From a virus: a stretch of DNA of 64,000 nucleotides. The stretch spans positions 18,311-82,310 of the IMG/VR virus record IMGVR_UViG_3300044695_007705; one strand, 5' to 3'. Made by a program: the position numbers and the translations under genes. The notes below the pieces were generated by a model. That model saw only the letters and a list, made by a program, of their open reading frames with translations, made no database searches and was not told the origin of the DNA. Below, one piece after another: positions 16,945 through 26,467 of the stretch; positions within the stretch are counted from its first letter, which is position 1, and every line of letters starts with the position of its first letter.

Positions 16945-19459
16945 TAGTTCTTGGGATCGTAAATCAAGCAAAAGGGGAAAGTCTCCGGCTTTTGCCCTTA
17001 ACCCGGCTCGTGTGAACTTCGAGTTCGCCAATGACAGAGCGAGGAGTAAAATATTTCAGCATGTAATCGGCCGAGTAGAGTTCACTCAAGACGGCCAAAG
17101 TAAGAACCGGGCAAGAGATGAGGTAATTCGAAGGGAGTATGATCAGAAGACTCTGTCCGAGTACAAATACAGAAGTATTTCGCATGTTCATACCCTTCCT
17201 GTTCTCCTGTCTGATGAAGTAGAAGTCTTGGCACATGGAGTACCCGTCCCAAATGGCTTAGAAAACTGCGCCATGGCCGGAATGAGCTGCAGTGATGGTG
17301 CGAGTGATACTGAGTGTGAGGTGGGAAAGTGCGTTATTGGCAGACTGGTTAATGAAGAACGGGGCAAGTGGAGATATGAGTCGTATACTGTGCCGGATCT
17401 TTACTACTATTTATATGGGGAAGAGGTTGTAGAGACTTTAGCTGTTTCGCGAGGGGTGTTTCAGCTTCCAGGAGCGGATGAATCGGTAAATGTTGACAAA
17501 GTGGCTAGTGTCTACTCGACAGTATATCTCCCCCCGAGCACATATTCGGGCGAGAGTTTTACAAGGCGAGTAGTAAAATTCCTTTCACCGACATCGCTTC
17601 AAGACTCTTTAGATATATTTGTACGACTTATCCTTAGCAGTGATATTCTCGCCACCGTCCCACTCGAGAGAAAGACTTACGATCGAGTATTTAACTCTGT
17701 TACAGAGTCTTTGCCATCGGCATGGTCTGAATTTATAGCTGCAGAATTAGATGAGCTTTGGGGTGACAGAGAAAATCTTACAAACAGAGAGTTTGTAGCA
17801 GAATCTTATAATGTGTTGGGCTTATTGTACCAAAAAGCAATACAGTTCGCGCTAAGCTCTTTCCGACTGCCTGCGATTGCAATAGACGGGCAGATTTCTC
17901 GGCCGGTGTATAATAGACTTCCGGGTGTGTCCGGGGCGTATAATAACGAAGACAGTGATTCGGATGTTGCAAAATGGCTGACTTCCGGCTCGGATATGGA
18001 ACTCAGCGATTCCAAGACGCGAATAGACTGGTTTTATAATAATTTTCTCGACCCGGAAACTTGCTATCCACTAAACCTGGACTGGACCGCTCAGCACATG
18101 GGTTTCTTTGGTGGTATGTGGAACTTGGAATGGGATTCCCCGTTCAAACGCTTGCTGTTAAGGAATGCGCATAAGAATGATTTGCCCGAAGGCGGCTTAT
18201 GGACTCGAGACTCAGAAGAGGATACTTTAAGGGGTATAGATCTTTCGCAAATAGAATTTGCTTGCGGGAATAACACAGTATCGAGATATTCAAAAAACTT
18301 ATACAATTTAGATAATTCTCTGGTAGAGCGTGTAGTAGTTGACGAACTTATTGCTGACATGTCTCAATGGCCAGGACTTATACCGGCTAGAGGTTCTTTA
18401 TTGTCAGTAATATTTATGTTCTGGGCTTTTAATATAAAGGCAGTAAGCGCTGAAGAATTTGCTGTTAACGATGACGGATCTTATAGTGTTAGAAGTGGAC
18501 TAAGGGCTCTCGAGTCAAGCTCCCCTGTTAATCTCCCTGTAATTTGGGATGTTATACACGTCGGCACTGATCAGGACGCCGAAGTTGGGATGTACAGTAA
18601 TCAGTTAGTGGCTGACATGGCTGTTTGTCGAGACGTTAATTTGGCGAATACTGTTGTAATACGAATGCCGTTTTATTACAATAGAGATGGTAAGACTTGG
18701 GATGCAGCTAAGAGTATAATAGATAACTGGATGACTGCTACTGCAGACAAAAGACTTCAGTACGGTTATCCTGTCTCTGATTTATTAACCGCTGATGATT
18801 TTTTCTTTGAGATATCTGGGGGGCAAATAGACACAGTTATCTGGTATCCAGATGAAATTACCCCCCAGTCAATACCTCCGGCGGGAGAATTTCAGAATAG
18901 GTTTGAGGGCGATGGGGGAGAGTCAAATTTGGTTGACCCCTATTCAATAACTGTCGTAGAGTCGGCAAATGCCATGAGCGGGGGATTGTGGTCTTTCAAT
19001 CCAGATTTTTGTAGTCCTTTCTCCAATGAGTTTTGTATTGAGTTTTTTGCCTACGTCGGGGATGTCGGAGAATTTGAAAATGACTTGGTTATTGTTGTTG
19101 CGGATAATAATTTATTATCTGGTTGGGGTATTCTTGGAGACTCCCTTATTTTAAATTTTGAGCCATTTGGTGAGGATCAAATAATACCATTGCCATGGCC
19201 TAGAGAGTCTTTGACTCACTGCAGTATTCAGTATTATCAGGGGAGTTTAATAATTCATCTGGGGGGAGAATTAATAGCTAGTGTTCCTTACGAAAATAAA
19301 ATTAACGATCCAATAATGGCCTTCGGGTTATTTAAACTCTTGCTGCCAGAACAGCAGGATGTCGAAGTGTTTTTAGGCCAGATAAGAATCTCTTCTTCAG
19401 CAATATACAAAGATCAGGAGAGTATAACAATCCCAGGTTATCCATTTTTTCAGGAGTAA
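16931..19459 (+). CDS. Baseplate wedge / P2 gpI-like tail protein with C-terminal LamG-like domain
   Basis: VYNRLPG, FLDPETCYPLNLDWTAQHMG; C-terminal FCIEFFAY...GQIRISSSAIY; follows baseplate J. Confidence 0.65.
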   Translation: MISSNSSWDRKSSKRGKSPAFALNPARVNFEFANDRARSKIFQHVIGRVEFTQDGQSKNRARDEVIRREYDQKTLSEYKYRSISHVHTLPVLLSDEVEVLAHGVPVPNGLENCAMAGMSCSDGASDTECEVGKCVIGRLVNEERGKWRYESYTVPDLYYYLYGEEVVETLAVSRGVFQLPGADESVNVDKVASVYSTVYLPPSTYSGESFTRRVVKFLSPTSLQDSLDIFVRLILSSDILATVPLERKTYDRVFNSVTESLPSAWSEFIAAELDELWGDRENLTNREFVAESYNVLGLLYQKAIQFALSSFRLPAIAIDGQISRPVYNRLPGVSGAYNNEDSDSDVAKWLTSGSDMELSDSKTRIDWFYNNFLDPETCYPLNLDWTAQHMGFFGGMWNLEWDSPFKRLLLRNAHKNDLPEGGLWTRDSEEDTLRGIDLSQIEFACGNNTVSRYSKNLYNLDNSLVERVVVDELIADMSQWPGLIPARGSLLSVIFMFWAFNIKAVSAEEFAVNDDGSYSVRSGLRALESSSPVNLPVIWDVIHVGTDQDAEVGMYSNQLVADMAVCRDVNLANTVVIRMPFYYNRDGKTWDAAKSIIDNWMTATADKRLQYGYPVSDLLTADDFFFEISGGQIDTVIWYPDEITPQSIPPAGEFQNRFEGDGGESNLVDPYSITVVESANAMSGGLWSFNPDFCSPFSNEFCIEFFAYVGDVGEFENDLVIVVADNNLLSGWGILGDSLILNFEPFGEDQIIPLPWPRESLTHCSIQYYQGSLIIHLGGELIASVPYENKINDPIMAFGLFKLLLPEQQDVEVFLGQIRISSSAIYKDQESITIPGYPFFQE

Positions 19460-19465
19460 GTATCC

Positions 19466-22400
19466 ATGAGCGAGTTTTTTAAACATGCCGGGGTGATGGC
19501 CCGAGCGCAAAGCAGGATTGTCGAAACGTTAGGTGTGCCTTTTGCCGATCCCTTTAACGAGGAGGCGGTAATCATTGATGTTAATGATCCCAAAAGGCTT
19601 GGCAGGGTCAAGGTCACTACGGACGACGGATTCACCTCTAAATGGATCCCTGTGTCCGGTTCGAGTAGCGGCACGTTAAGCTCGAGATATATCGGCTCGA
19701 ACGTCTTGGTTGGTAAGACAAATGGCCGAAGCGAAAACATGTATGTCATAGGTATTGTTAAGAATGACAAAGATGTTGGATTGAATGGGTCGCCGTTCCA
19801 ACTCCCCATAATCGATGAGAGCATGGCGGTTTGGAATGGATCTTCCGACCCTGGAATGACTTGCAATAGGGAGAACGAGGGGCGCACGTATATACTGAGT
19901 AACGAAATCAATCAAGATGTTGTTGTCTGTCTTAGGCGGAGTAGCCCGCAAGTGGGGAACAAACCGGCTTGGGCGTGGAAATCCCTGACCAACGGGCTTT
20001 GGGTCGAGAAGGGTATTAACCCGGGGAACGAAACCACAATCCCGATCGAGCAAGCGCAGTTGAGAAATCCGGGCATACCGGAATGTACCGAGTCACTGCT
20101 TGGCGAGAAGCATGACTTTGCTGAAGACAGGGGGTTCAGGACAACAAGCATGGTTTGCAGAAGGGATGAGAACGGCGAGTTTGGCTGGATCCCGGAATCT
20201 GCTCCTCCTGTATTCTTTAGAACAACTTTGCCTACTTGCTCGGAAAAAATACATGGCATGGAGGCGGTTGTAGACGATGGAAACAACTCAGAAATTGTAA
20301 AATGTTTGAGATATCAAGGGCTTATGAGGTGGGTGAAGGAGGGTAAAAGACTCCCGCACAAGTTTCACAAAAAGGATAAACCGCTTACGAAGGTGGAATT
20401 TCTGGATGGGTATGGGCCGGTGCCCGCACTTGAAGAGGGCGGGTTCGATTGGCTCAAGGAACCAGAGATTATTGAAACAGTCTTCGATACCGTAATCTCC
20501 AACATCCCTATAACTAATACAGATCCGGCCCTTAGGAACGCATTGCAACTGGCGGGGCTGTTACCGGCTCAGGCGTTTAACGGTGCGCAGGTATTGTCTA
20601 CCGCTGCGAGAGAGGCGATGAACCGCAGACTCGGGGTTCCTGTCGACACTTTAACTAACACGTTAAGACAAGAGCTAGATAGAGATGGAAAACTTTCGTT
20701 TGAAACTGCACAACTATTGACAGGTATAGGCGATGCGGGCAGGGTATTGACTAACGGGGTTGTTGGGGGCACGGTTGACCAAGCCCTGGTAAATATCGGC
20801 CAAAACGCCTTAAGAAATTCGCTGCTTTCACTGAGTCCGCAAACCGCGTCGGTAATGACCGGCTTGATGTCTGGAGGAGTCTGGGGCGCGATTGATACAG
20901 CCACTATCCTCGGGCTGAGCAAACTCCCCCCTGAGGTGAACAAGTACGTCCAGCCGGTTGTCGGAATCGCCAGGAACGTGCTCGCGGGGTATCCCACCGC
21001 CTTAGGAAATATTCTTAACACCGCGTCCGGGGGAGGGCTGACCGCCGCTGTTTCCGGTACGTTTAACTCGCTGCTCGGCAGGAACGCAATAACGCCTCAG
21101 ATCCTGTCCTCTACCGCCTCGTTGATTGGGGGTGGGGCCCTGGGGCCAATGGGGCAAATGTTCAACCAGTTCAGTAATTTGGCCGGAATGCCGATGGCGC
21201 CAGGCGCCTTGGGATCGTTACCGTTTCTCGCTAGCACAGCCATGGGTGCGCTGGGCATTGGCAACGCAGTGCAATCGTTGTTTGGTGGCTTAGGGGGTGG
21301 CATAGGCTTTAACGGGCTTGCCGCTCTTGTAGGGGGCGGGTTCAACCCAATATCAACTGCGCTGTTTGGGATTGGAGCATTGTCCTCGTTGTTTGGTGGG
21401 GCGGGCGGTAACTGTCCTTGCGATCCTAAGTGTCGCAAAGTTGCACATGGAGTCGATACGGACGGCCAGAAATTGCTCGATCCGTGTGGTGCTTTGACGA
21501 GTGTAAATGCCAATGCCTATTGTCCCACAGGTTTTTGTTTACCAAACAATGTTGGAGACGTAGCATTTGACTTGGGACTTACTCCTACTCTAGTTGGTAA
21601 AAATCTAATCCCTCCTAACACAAGTGACTTGACCCAGATGATATACGGGTCGCAGCGTCTTGTAAACATGGCGGAGAAGTTCTATGAATCTCGTTATGCG
21701 GACGAGGCGGAGAAAGAGGCGGAATTTGCTTACACGTTTGAAAACGTGGAAAAAGGGTTCAAAATGGCGGATAATAATATTACCCGCATTGAATCGGTTG
21801 AAAGGCGACTCATAGACTCCGGGTATAATACGCTGCAGAATATATTCTGGAAGCCGGGGCCAGAAACCGCTATTCTCGAGCAGCTTATAATCGATGTTAG
21901 GGAGAATTCCCAGGCCTTGCAATCCATATACCGGTTTGTCAAAACCCTCGACCTGGTTAAAGACGGCCCTAGGATCGGTGTTAACGTTACCCCGTCAATT
22001 GGACTGGCGTTAGCGAATATCCCCGGGCTTGCGGGGCTGTACGAAAAGAACAAGATCGAGACTACTAAGATTATGGAGGGCGGGATAAAACCAGCACACC
22101 TCGAATGGGAGACGATGACTCCCGGCCTAGACACTCCTGTTAAGCTCGGACTTTACAATCCCCCTCTGCCAATCGTCTTCCCCAACGAACGCACGCTATT
22201 TGACGAGGCGAGATTCCTGTCTATCTCGCTTGATTCGAAGATTGTAGACGATTTGCAAGAGAGCAAGCCGCCTATCGATCGGGTGCTGTCTCCGAATCAA
22301 ATCAACACTCTTAAGAATACGTTTATTCAAAGGGCGGGTGATGCGTCCCTGTCAAGCGGTATTATAACACCCGGCGGAAGAGTTACGCAAGACTTGCCAT

Positions 22401-22600
22401 TGCCCGAAGGGTTTGTTATTCCGGATGGCACCGTATTCCCCGAAGGGTCTTCGCTACCAACAGGTGTAGCGCTACCGTCCGGGACTTTACTACCCGCCGG
22501 TACTGTCTTCCCGGACGGGTTTGTATTCCCCGGGCAAGAACGCACTTCGCTGTACGAAGAGTTGAAAGCGAGGGAGAGCGGAGAAACCGACTGTGAATAA
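19466..22600 (+). CDS. Baseplate spike protein (gp5/gpV OB-fold N-terminus) with long extensions
   Basis: IIDVNDPKRLGRVKV...SKWIPV OB-fold signature; Cys repeats, Gly-rich region, hexapeptide repeats. Confidence 0.7.
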   Translation: MSEFFKHAGVMARAQSRIVETLGVPFADPFNEEAVIIDVNDPKRLGRVKVTTDDGFTSKWIPVSGSSSGTLSSRYIGSNVLVGKTNGRSENMYVIGIVKNDKDVGLNGSPFQLPIIDESMAVWNGSSDPGMTCNRENEGRTYILSNEINQDVVVCLRRSSPQVGNKPAWAWKSLTNGLWVEKGINPGNETTIPIEQAQLRNPGIPECTESLLGEKHDFAEDRGFRTTSMVCRRDENGEFGWIPESAPPVFFRTTLPTCSEKIHGMEAVVDDGNNSEIVKCLRYQGLMRWVKEGKRLPHKFHKKDKPLTKVEFLDGYGPVPALEEGGFDWLKEPEIIETVFDTVISNIPITNTDPALRNALQLAGLLPAQAFNGAQVLSTAAREAMNRRLGVPVDTLTNTLRQELDRDGKLSFETAQLLTGIGDAGRVLTNGVVGGTVDQALVNIGQNALRNSLLSLSPQTASVMTGLMSGGVWGAIDTATILGLSKLPPEVNKYVQPVVGIARNVLAGYPTALGNILNTASGGGLTAAVSGTFNSLLGRNAITPQILSSTASLIGGGALGPMGQMFNQFSNLAGMPMAPGALGSLPFLASTAMGALGIGNAVQSLFGGLGGGIGFNGLAALVGGGFNPISTALFGIGALSSLFGGAGGNCPCDPKCRKVAHGVDTDGQKLLDPCGALTSVNANAYCPTGFCLPNNVGDVAFDLGLTPTLVGKNLIPPNTSDLTQMIYGSQRLVNMAEKFYESRYADEAEKEAEFAYTFENVEKGFKMADNNITRIESVERRLIDSGYNTLQNIFWKPGPETAILEQLIIDVRENSQALQSIYRFVKTLDLVKDGPRIGVNVTPSIGLALANIPGLAGLYEKNKIETTKIMEGGIKPAHLEWETMTPGLDTPVKLGLYNPPLPIVFPNERTLFDEARFLSISLDSKIVDDLQESKPPIDRVLSPNQINTLKNTFIQRAGDASLSSGIITPGGRVTQDLPLPEGFVIPDGTVFPEGSSLPTGVALPSGTLLPAGTVFPDGFVFPGQERTSLYEELKARESGETDCE
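22399..22533 (+). repeat. ~7 tandem hexapeptide repeats [LIF]-P-x-G-x-x in the spike protein
   Basis: LPEGFV IPDGTV FPEGSS LPTGVA LPSGTL LPAGTV FPDGFV FPG. Confidence 0.85.
22561..22569 (+). promoter_or_regulatory. GTTGAAAGC box upstream of terL
   Basis: 23 nt upstream of GTG 22593, embedded in the spike gene 3' end. Confidence 0.7.
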
Positions 22601-24173
22601 GAGCCAATTGGCGAAAGAGAAATCTCTTGTCAAAGAGATGATGCTGAAAGTTGAGAGTTTGAGCCAGGAGGAGAGAAAAGAACTGCTTCGGCTAAAGTGC
22701 CGCACGGAATTTATTACCTACGCCCGAGTTATTACCCGAGAAGCCACAAACAGCGGCGTATTTACTCCGTATAGAGTACACGAGTTAATATGTGACTATG
22801 TTCAGAATATCTGTGACGGGAATCCGGATTATAAAAGAACCTGTATATCCTTGCCGCCTAGGAGCGGCAAAAGCATGCTTATATCTAAATTAATGCCGAG
22901 TTGGCAGCTAGGACGTAGCCCCAGCGCTCAGTTCATCATGGCGTCTTATGGTCTTAAGCTCACGCACGAGAACTCCAGGGCGATATTGAGTTATATTACA
23001 AGCGATACGTTTAAATGGATATTTCCTGAATGCAGTATTAATAAGAAAGACTGTAACCTTAAGACTATGAGAACTGGTCAAGGGGGAATTATAATGTCCG
23101 CTAGTGCAGGGTCCGGTGTTACTGGCTTCGGATTTGGTGTAATTAGCGAAGAAGATTTACCAGGTATCGGCATCTTAGACGATTTACTTGAAGACGGTAA
23201 TTCACTACAAGTACTTGAATCGACTTTTGCCTGGACTGCGACTCAGTTCCTTACTAGAGGTTTACCAAATAACTGTGTTATGTCGATGGGAACTAGATTC
23301 CACGTGGAAGATGTTATCGGCAGATTGCTATCAAGTGACCCGGAAGGTTGGCTAGAGCTAAATGTGCCCGCTTTGTGTCTTGATGAGGAGAACGATCCTA
23401 TAGGTAGAAAGTTAGGTGAATCACATTGGCCGGAATTTTTCCCTGTAGAAGAATTGAAAGTATATGAAAAGCAGGACAAGAATACTTTTGAGACGCTGTA
23501 TCTTGGTAGACCTAAGGGCGCCAGCGGTTCGATTTTTAAACACTCCTGGTTCGAGCAGCATGAGAAAAATCGTCAACAATACGAGTTTGTATTCGCAACT
23601 GCCGATACTGCCCTTAAAGAAAAAGAGATGAACGATTACTCGGTCATGTGCGTGTTTGGGGTTGTTAAAAAGACGAGGAAATTACACCTTATTAGTGTGT
23701 ACAAAGAGCAGATGGAGTTCCCGGACCTGTTAAAGGTGATGCCGCTGTGGTTAAAGACTTGGAAAGTAAGGGCGATTTATATCGAGAGCAGGGCTAGTGG
23801 ACTTCCTTTGATACAAATGCTTCGCAAAGAATTACAGATTCCGGTGAAGGAGGTAATCCCAACCAAAGATAAGATTATGAGGGCGAATGAGGTGGCGCCG
23901 GTAGCGGAAGACGGTCGAGTTTCGATATATTCAGAAATTCCCAAGCTCGGTGAATTAATGTCAGAGCTGTGTGCTTTTCCTTACTCAAAGAATGATGATT
24001 TTGTCGACGCTTTTGTCATGGGTTTAAGAGTGTATAGGGATGAGATTATGGGGGCGGCCAAGGCTGCCCATGGAGGATCTAGAGTTCAACTCCCCCAAAT
24101 CAATCATATTGGGGGTAGTCAAAGAGTTACGGGAAGACTCGGAAGAGGGAGCTTGCCAACTCAGTATTTATAG
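22593..24173 (+). CDS. terL: Terminase large subunit
   Basis: Walker A PPRSGKS, Walker B GILDD, MGTRFH, RNase H-fold ADTA and DDFVDA. Confidence 0.95.
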   Translation: MNKSQLAKEKSLVKEMMLKVESLSQEERKELLRLKCRTEFITYARVITREATNSGVFTPYRVHELICDYVQNICDGNPDYKRTCISLPPRSGKSMLISKLMPSWQLGRSPSAQFIMASYGLKLTHENSRAILSYITSDTFKWIFPECSINKKDCNLKTMRTGQGGIIMSASAGSGVTGFGFGVISEEDLPGIGILDDLLEDGNSLQVLESTFAWTATQFLTRGLPNNCVMSMGTRFHVEDVIGRLLSSDPEGWLELNVPALCLDEENDPIGRKLGESHWPEFFPVEELKVYEKQDKNTFETLYLGRPKGASGSIFKHSWFEQHEKNRQQYEFVFATADTALKEKEMNDYSVMCVFGVVKKTRKLHLISVYKEQMEFPDLLKVMPLWLKTWKVRAIYIESRASGLPLIQMLRKELQIPVKEVIPTKDKIMRANEVAPVAEDGRVSIYSEIPKLGELMSELCAFPYSKNDDFVDAFVMGLRVYRDEIMGAAKAAHGGSRVQLPQINHIGGSQRVTGRLGRGSLPTQYL

Positions 24174-24182
24174 TGCTAAAAT
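24153..24182 (+). promoter_or_regulatory. Host sigma70-type promoter TTGCCA-N18-TAAAAT with TG extension, driving trx-sigma-HNH
   Basis: TTGCCA 24153-24158; TGCTAAAAT 24174-24182; AGGAG RBS before ATG 24213. Confidence 0.65.
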
Positions 24183-24212
24183 TATTAAGCCATTATTCAG
24201 GAGATTAATCCA

Positions 24213-24545
24213 ATGGAAAAAGAGACCTTTTTAAGAAAAGTCGTACTCTTCGTACAGCCCGGATGCCCCGCTTGCGAAGCTATGAAACCGATTTGGGGAC
24301 AAGTGGCCGGAGAAGTATCTGAAGAATACCCAGAACTGCGTGTGGGCTGGGGAGAATACGACGTCACTGAGGACAACTGGGAATTTCTCGAATCACTTAA
24401 GCCGGGAACCTCCGGGCAAGGAACTCCAGAAATCGCTGTTTTTGACGAAGAATGCGATTTGATCGGGTTTAACGGTGAGGGCATTATGCCCGCTTCGCAA
24501 CTTAAAAGCTTCGTGATCAATTCGATTAAGGGGGGCAGAGCCTGA
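24213..24545 (+). CDS. Thioredoxin-fold protein
   Basis: VVLFVQPGCPACEAMKP active site; GTPEI cis-Pro loop. Confidence 0.85.
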   Translation: MEKETFLRKVVLFVQPGCPACEAMKPIWGQVAGEVSEEYPELRVGWGEYDVTEDNWEFLESLKPGTSGQGTPEIAVFDEECDLIGFNGEGIMPASQLKSFVINSIKGGRA

Positions 24546-25270
24546 TGACCACGCAAGGTATTAATGTCGAGCTGAGAAGGGAGAGGCTTAGGAATAATTA
24601 TAATCGGAGGAAGACGGAGTACGAGCGGACTCGCGATTTTCACATCCGGGAAAATATGTGGAAAGCGAGTTATGCCGCGAGGAAAGTGGCTTCGTTCTCC
24701 GGTGTCCCATTTGATGAGTTGAGGTCTGTAGCCCTTGAAGCAATGGTCAAACTTTATGACAAGTGGGATCCAGAGAAGGCGAATTTTAGTACTTGGCTAA
24801 ATCGTTCGCTAACGTTCCAGCTATTGAATTATTTGCGCGATAACTCGCGAATGATCAAGATACCACGGTCGTATTCAGACGCTTATATGAAGATGAGAAG
24901 GATTGTTGGCAGGAGCCCAGACCTGACCGACGCGCAGATCTCTGAGGCTACTGGACTAACCGAGCAGCTTATAGCCGAGACGCGTGAAGCGTTTCAGATG
25001 ACGTATTTGGAGATTAACGAGGAGACAGAGATGCCAGTTGATGACGGCGGGATTGATGACGATAATCTCGCCTCGATGTTTAGCGATTATGGGGATATTA
25101 TAGGTAGGCTTTCGAAACTTTACCCAGAAGAATACACCTTTCTAATGGATGTTTACATTCACAAAAGAGCTGTGTCAACCATCTATCGTAAGAACCCAGG
25201 TATTAATAGTGCGGAGAAGATTGCAGCGAGGACGGACGAGCTGCTTAGCAAACTTATGAGTGATGGGTAA
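24545..25270 (+). CDS. Phage RNA polymerase sigma factor (group 3, SigF/SigB-like) with degenerate region 4
   Basis: Region 2 FDELRSVALEAMVKLYDKWDPEKANFSTW...LLNYLRDNSRMIKIPRS; region 3 TDAQISEATGLT. Confidence 0.88.
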   Translation: MTTQGINVELRRERLRNNYNRRKTEYERTRDFHIRENMWKASYAARKVASFSGVPFDELRSVALEAMVKLYDKWDPEKANFSTWLNRSLTFQLLNYLRDNSRMIKIPRSYSDAYMKMRRIVGRSPDLTDAQISEATGLTEQLIAETREAFQMTYLEINEETEMPVDDGGIDDDNLASMFSDYGDIIGRLSKLYPEEYTFLMDVYIHKRAVSTIYRKNPGINSAEKIAARTDELLSKLMSDG

Positions 25271-25976
25271 GTCGATATATACTGATATTGGCGAGCAGCA
25301 ATACAATAAAAAGCAGTTCGCGGAGAGATGGAAGTCTATTACTTCATCTTATGAGACAGGTGTCTTTTTTAACGAAGAGGACACCCTGTTCCTGAGACAA
25401 GTCTGCTTAAAGATTGAAAGGTTCAGGAAAATCGTCTTAAGGCCTGGACAGTGCAAGTTCAAGCTCACAAGCAAAGAGTTTAATGGTCGCAAAGTCAAGG
25501 GTGTAGTCTTGATGACACCCTCGTCTAAGTATGAAGTATGGATAGGTAAGTCTTATGTGATGTCCAGGATTTTTCCGAGAACTTATGCCCCCGACCCGGC
25601 CAAGGAGAATAGAAAACTCGCGATCCGTGCTTTGAGGAATATTATCCAACCGCAGATCGATCTTTATAAAAGACGAGTCTCGGGTCAAAGTGTTGTTAAA
25701 TCGTCGTTGACAGGCAAGCCGATACACGGAGCGTATCATGTCGATCATGTCTATCCGTTTATACGGCTTGTTGAGGAATGGTGCCGAGATAATTCTCTGG
25801 ACTTAGAGACAATACCCGTCAAATGTGTGGGTGTCACTTGCCGTCTATCTTGCATCAAGATGTCAGAAAGCTGGTTTGATTACCACGCTTTGAATGCACA
25901 GTACCAAGTGCTTGATCCGAGGGAAAACATCATCAAAGGTGCGAAGTACTATGGCAAGTCTTCGGACAATATCTGA
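25260..25976 (+). CDS. DCL/DUF3223-like protein with HNH-like nuclease C-terminus
   Basis: ALRNIIQPQI, YHVDHVYPF, WFDYH...REN. Confidence 0.55.
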   Translation: MMGKSIYTDIGEQQYNKKQFAERWKSITSSYETGVFFNEEDTLFLRQVCLKIERFRKIVLRPGQCKFKLTSKEFNGRKVKGVVLMTPSSKYEVWIGKSYVMSRIFPRTYAPDPAKENRKLAIRALRNIIQPQIDLYKRRVSGQSVVKSSLTGKPIHGAYHVDHVYPFIRLVEEWCRDNSLDLETIPVKCVGVTCRLSCIKMSESWFDYHALNAQYQVLDPRENIIKGAKYYGKSSDNI

Positions 25977-26467
25977 TCGAGCAGGTTAGCAACTTCTCGG
26001 GATATTGACTCAGGCAGTTCGATATTGCCTGACCTATTAAGCCATATTTGTTGCCGGGATTCTCCCGGAGAAAACATGCTGGCGACGGAAACGGACTCTC
26101 TGCCGACATAAACGTCTTGCTCCTCGCCATACCGTCTTTTTAAATACTGGACGATGGGAGAATTTTCTCCCTGCTTTTCGATCTCAACTTCAAGCGTTTT
26201 GAGCGAGCTTTGCAGGGCGGAAAATAGTCTGTCTCCTGTCAAGTCCCCCTCCGCTTCGATTGTTACCGAAGCGGCCCCTAAAGCGCGTACGTATTGCGAC
26301 AAGTTGTGTTCGACTTCGCGAGTATAGCCTTCGGCTACTGTGCGGAGAAACTCACGCCTTACCTGCTCTTTTGACAACTCGTTCAAAGAGTTTTGGACGG
26401 CCTTTTTTGCAGCGTCTTGCACCACGTCTTTGAAAAACAGTCCGAGAAGCGGTTTTAGAAACAACAT
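25949..26467 (-). CDS. Hypothetical protein (172 aa), co-transcribed with the hub-lysin
   Basis: ORF start overlaps the lysin stop (TAATG). Confidence 0.65.
   Translation of the reverse strand: MLFLKPLLGLFFKDVVQDAAKKAVQNSLNELSKEQVRREFLRTVAEGYTREVEHNLSQYVRALGAASVTIEAEGDLTGDRLFSALQSSLKTLEVEIEKQGENSPIVQYLKRRYGEEQDVYVGRESVSVASMFSPGESRQQIWLNRSGNIELPESISREVANLLDQILSEDLP

Noticed and set aside
6331-21805. GTTGAAAGG at 6331-6339 (-) and 21797-21805 (+)
   Set aside because: Both are mid-gene (V-E-R codons) with no nearby start and a ninth-base mismatch
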